Of a DNA stretch of 32,000 bases, positions 29,952-32,000 are shown piece after piece. Within the stretch, counting starts at the first letter, position 1. Each line of letters begins with the position of its first letter. Under the pieces are notes generated by a model that saw nothing but the letters and a program-made list of their open reading frames with translations, did no database searches and was not told where the DNA came from. The DNA comes from Candidatus Saccharimonadota bacterium (GTDB taxonomy: Bacteria; Patescibacteriota; Gracilibacteria; Absconditabacterales; Absconditicoccaceae), in the NCBI GenBank assembly GCA_965231145.1, contig OZ246420.1, positions 720,001 through 752,000 of the forward strand, given 5' to 3'. The translations under genes were made by a program, and so were the position numbers.

Positions 29952-31265
29952 ATGAAATATATGAGAAAAAAATTACTCTTATCATTTTTAGCTATTATAT
30001 GAATGTGCTTTGCCGGCGTCTCGGCTGCAGGTTACTGTACTCTGGAGTTTGGGCGAGGCACACCAGAGGGGGATTACATTGCAAGAGTACTTTTAACAGG
30101 TAACAGTAATGTATTGGATAATGTAACTGTGGGTGCATCATCTCCTTTTTATACTCATTATAATACATGAGTAACTCTTACGGGAGGACAATCATATAGC
30201 ATAACCATAAGAGTAGGAACTTTCCCTTGATCTACTCAATCAGTAGCTGCTTGGATAGATTACGATCAAAATGATGTATTTGAAGCAAGCGAAAAACTAT
30301 GAGAAACAACATCTATGGGGCCAGATACTTATACCACTTTTTCTTTTTCAGTACCAATGACATGAGTCAATGGGACAACAAGAATGCGCGTATTGGAGTC
30401 GTCATACGGTACAAATCTTGATCCATGTGCACCAGCATGGCTCTATGGAGAAACAGAAGATTATGACATCACTCTCATATGAATGGCAACAGCGGCTCCC
30501 ATCGGTGGTGAAGGTTATAGAAAACTCCCTATAGACAATTGTCCGGATAAAGATATTTCGCCTACACCCTACGATGGGTTATGCGCGGGCATGAGTCCGT
30601 TCATTGGTGGGATACTGGCCGACTCAATTAATACTGCTACAGCAACTGGATCAAATAACATGACCGGAGAGGTGTCGTTCTCTACAGGAGATATAAACAA
30701 CGATGCGACAACTGGAACCCATGAACTTATAGAGGATCCTTCTTCTATGAATGCGGCAGCCAGATGTACAGATAGTGAAGAACAAAGTGCATATGAGTTT
30801 TGAATGAGTCATGCGATAACATCAAAAGAGACATGCCTTTCGGCTGATATGAATGGAGGGCTCATCAGGATCGATGCAGCAAAAATGATAGTAAATTTCG
30901 CTATGAATGTACTCGACAGAAGACCAGATTCGACCAAAAAATGTGTATTTAATGATATGACTGATCAATCAGTAGAGACACAAGAATATGCATTAAAAGC
31001 CTGCCAGCTTGGTCTTATGGGGCTTAAGGGAAATGGGACTCCTGCTGCGATGTTTCACCCAAATGAACTCGTTAATAAGGCTCAGTTCGTCTCTGCCCTT
31101 TCAAGATTACTCTATGGAGAAGCTCACAACTCAAAAAGAACATGTCGATATTGTATGCATGCACAGGCACTCAAGGATGCTTCTATTATAAATCTCACCA
31201 ACGATCTTATGCAGCCTATCAAAAGAGGTCGAGCAATAATCATGTTCATGAGAGTAACAAAATAA
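29952..31265 (+). CDS. Secreted protein with a GEVED-type domain and C-terminal SLH-like repeat(s) (437 aa)
   Basis: Signal peptide MKYMRKKLLLSFLAII-G-MCFAGVSAA. AWIDYDQNDVFE...RMRVLES...LYGETEDYDITL is the GEVED motif. C-terminal FNDMTDQSVETQEYALKACQLGLMGL...FHPNELVNKAQFVSALSRLLYG is SLH-like. Joins track ORFs 30483..30803 and 30804..31265 to the upstream region through 7 TGA. Confidence 0.8.
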
Positions 31266-31290
31266 AGCAGCCGCCACAGGCTGTTTTTCT
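31266..31290 (+). terminator. Rho-independent terminator
   Basis: cagcc-gccaca-ggctg followed by tttttct, immediately after the TAA. Confidence 0.6.
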
Positions 31291-31342
31291 CTATTTACTA
31301 AAGTAATGCGATTTACTATAATGTGTAAACTATCATATTCAT

Positions 31343-31627
31343 ATGAAGAAAACTCTCAGAACGTGTCCACAGTGACACCAATACTATAAAAGTTCGGACT
31401 GCCCAACATGTCCGTTTTGTGCAAATGAAAAGAAGCCTACAAGAGGTTTTCTTACAGAGCTGTCTGCACCTGCAAGGCGCGCATTACAATCTGCAGGTAT
31501 TCGTACTATAGAGCAACTGGCAGCTCATACAGAAAAGGATCTACTCACACTCCATGGGTTTTGACCTGCATCGCTCCCCATACTCAGAAAGATATTACAT
31601 GCGCATAAACTCTCTTTTAAAAAGTAG
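31343..31627 (+). CDS. Small Zn-ribbon plus helix-hairpin-helix protein (RNA polymerase alpha-CTD-like family, 94 aa)
   Basis: TCPQ-G-HQYYKSSDCPTCPFC then LSAPARRALQSAGIRTIEQLAAHTEKDLLTLHGF-G-PASL. ATG 31343, TAG 31625-31627. Confidence 0.75.
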
Positions 31628-31672
31628 CATGATTGCTATTATCCGATCATATTTAGTTCATATATCTCTCTC

Positions 31673-32000
31673 ATGCAAAAAATCACTCCTTTCCTCTGGT
31701 TCGATAAACAGGCTGAAGAAGCTGCACAATTTTATACTTCTCTTTTTAAAAATGGTTCCGTGGGAACTATCGCTCGCTATCCTGAAGGCGTGCCAGGGTG
31801 ACAAGCCGGTTCAGTTATGACAGTATCTTTCTCGATAGATGGAACAGAATTTGCTGCGATCAATGCGTGACCTATCTTTACGCTCAACCCTTCCGTATCA
31901 TTTTTTGTAACGTGTCAATCCGCTGAGGAGGTAGAGATGTATTGGAACAAGCTTATAGAAGGTGGAAAAGCACTTATGGAGCTTGGAAGTTATCCGTTTA
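31673..32000 (+). CDS. PhnB/VOC-like protein (3-demethylubiquinone-9 3-methyltransferase-domain family), 3'-truncated by the window edge
   Basis: MQKITPFLWFDKQAEEAAQFYTSLFKNGSVGTIARYPEGVPG-G-QAGSVMTVSFSIDGTEFAAINA-G-PIFTLNPSVSFFVTCQSAEEVEMYWNKLIEGG. Two TGA fall at conserved Gly positions. Confidence 0.8.

Noticed and set aside
1-32000. Reading TGA as Trp (table 4, Mycoplasma-type) instead of Gly
   Set aside because: The TGA positions I could align fall on invariant Gly (P-loop GxxGxGK, CPCALG, GKGAE, LSGG, LNGGP), not on Trp positions. TGG is still used for Trp in these genes.
1-32000. CRISPR arrays, rRNA genes, transposase/IS elements with terminal inverted repeats
   Set aside because: I saw no regularly spaced direct repeats, no rRNA-like conserved blocks, and no DDE or IS200-type transposase motifs in any table-25 frame I read.

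Overview
This window only makes sense if TGA is read as glycine (translation table 25), so the source is probably a Gracilibacteria- or Absconditabacteria-type (CPR) bacterium. TGA falls on invariant Gly positions: CPCAL-G-LATP and GVGK-G-AE in copA, both leading Gly of a Walker A loop, and the LSSG-EKQ ABC signature. Reading TGA as Gly fuses the short pieces in the supplied standard-code ORF track into full-length genes that end only in TAA or TAG. I re-derived all joined ORFs and their coordinates by hand, so treat them as plus or minus a few codons at the starts.

Layout, left to right:
- 459-4741: a defence-type cluster. It holds a Septu-like ABC-ATPase plus HNH pair, followed by a small His-motif protein plus a DUF1828/DUF1829-like protein.
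- About 4.8-27.75 kb: an AT-rich composite mobile island carrying three large serine recombinases (LSRs), all on the + strand. One of them has an in-frame TAG.
- Island cargo: a pC194-type rolling-circle Rep; a six-gene copper/metal resistance operon (csoR, YVTN propeller, copA, HMA-permease, cupredoxin-like, CDF); three small membrane or unknown genes; and a 1253-codon TPR-rich ORF with nuclease-like motifs at both ends.
- The island also has at least two G+C-rich, highly structured non-coding segments.
- The island abuts the 3' end of the tmRNA gene (27707-28056, minus strand). The last recombinase ORF reads antisense into the tmRNA T-arm and acceptor.
- Right of tmRNA: higBA, tRNA-Leu(CAG), a DUF4256 gene, a secreted GEVED/SLH protein, a small Zn-ribbon/alpha-CTD-like protein and a partial PhnB/VOC-like gene.

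I found no rRNA and no CRISPR array. All family assignments come from motifs I recognised by eye. No database search was possible.
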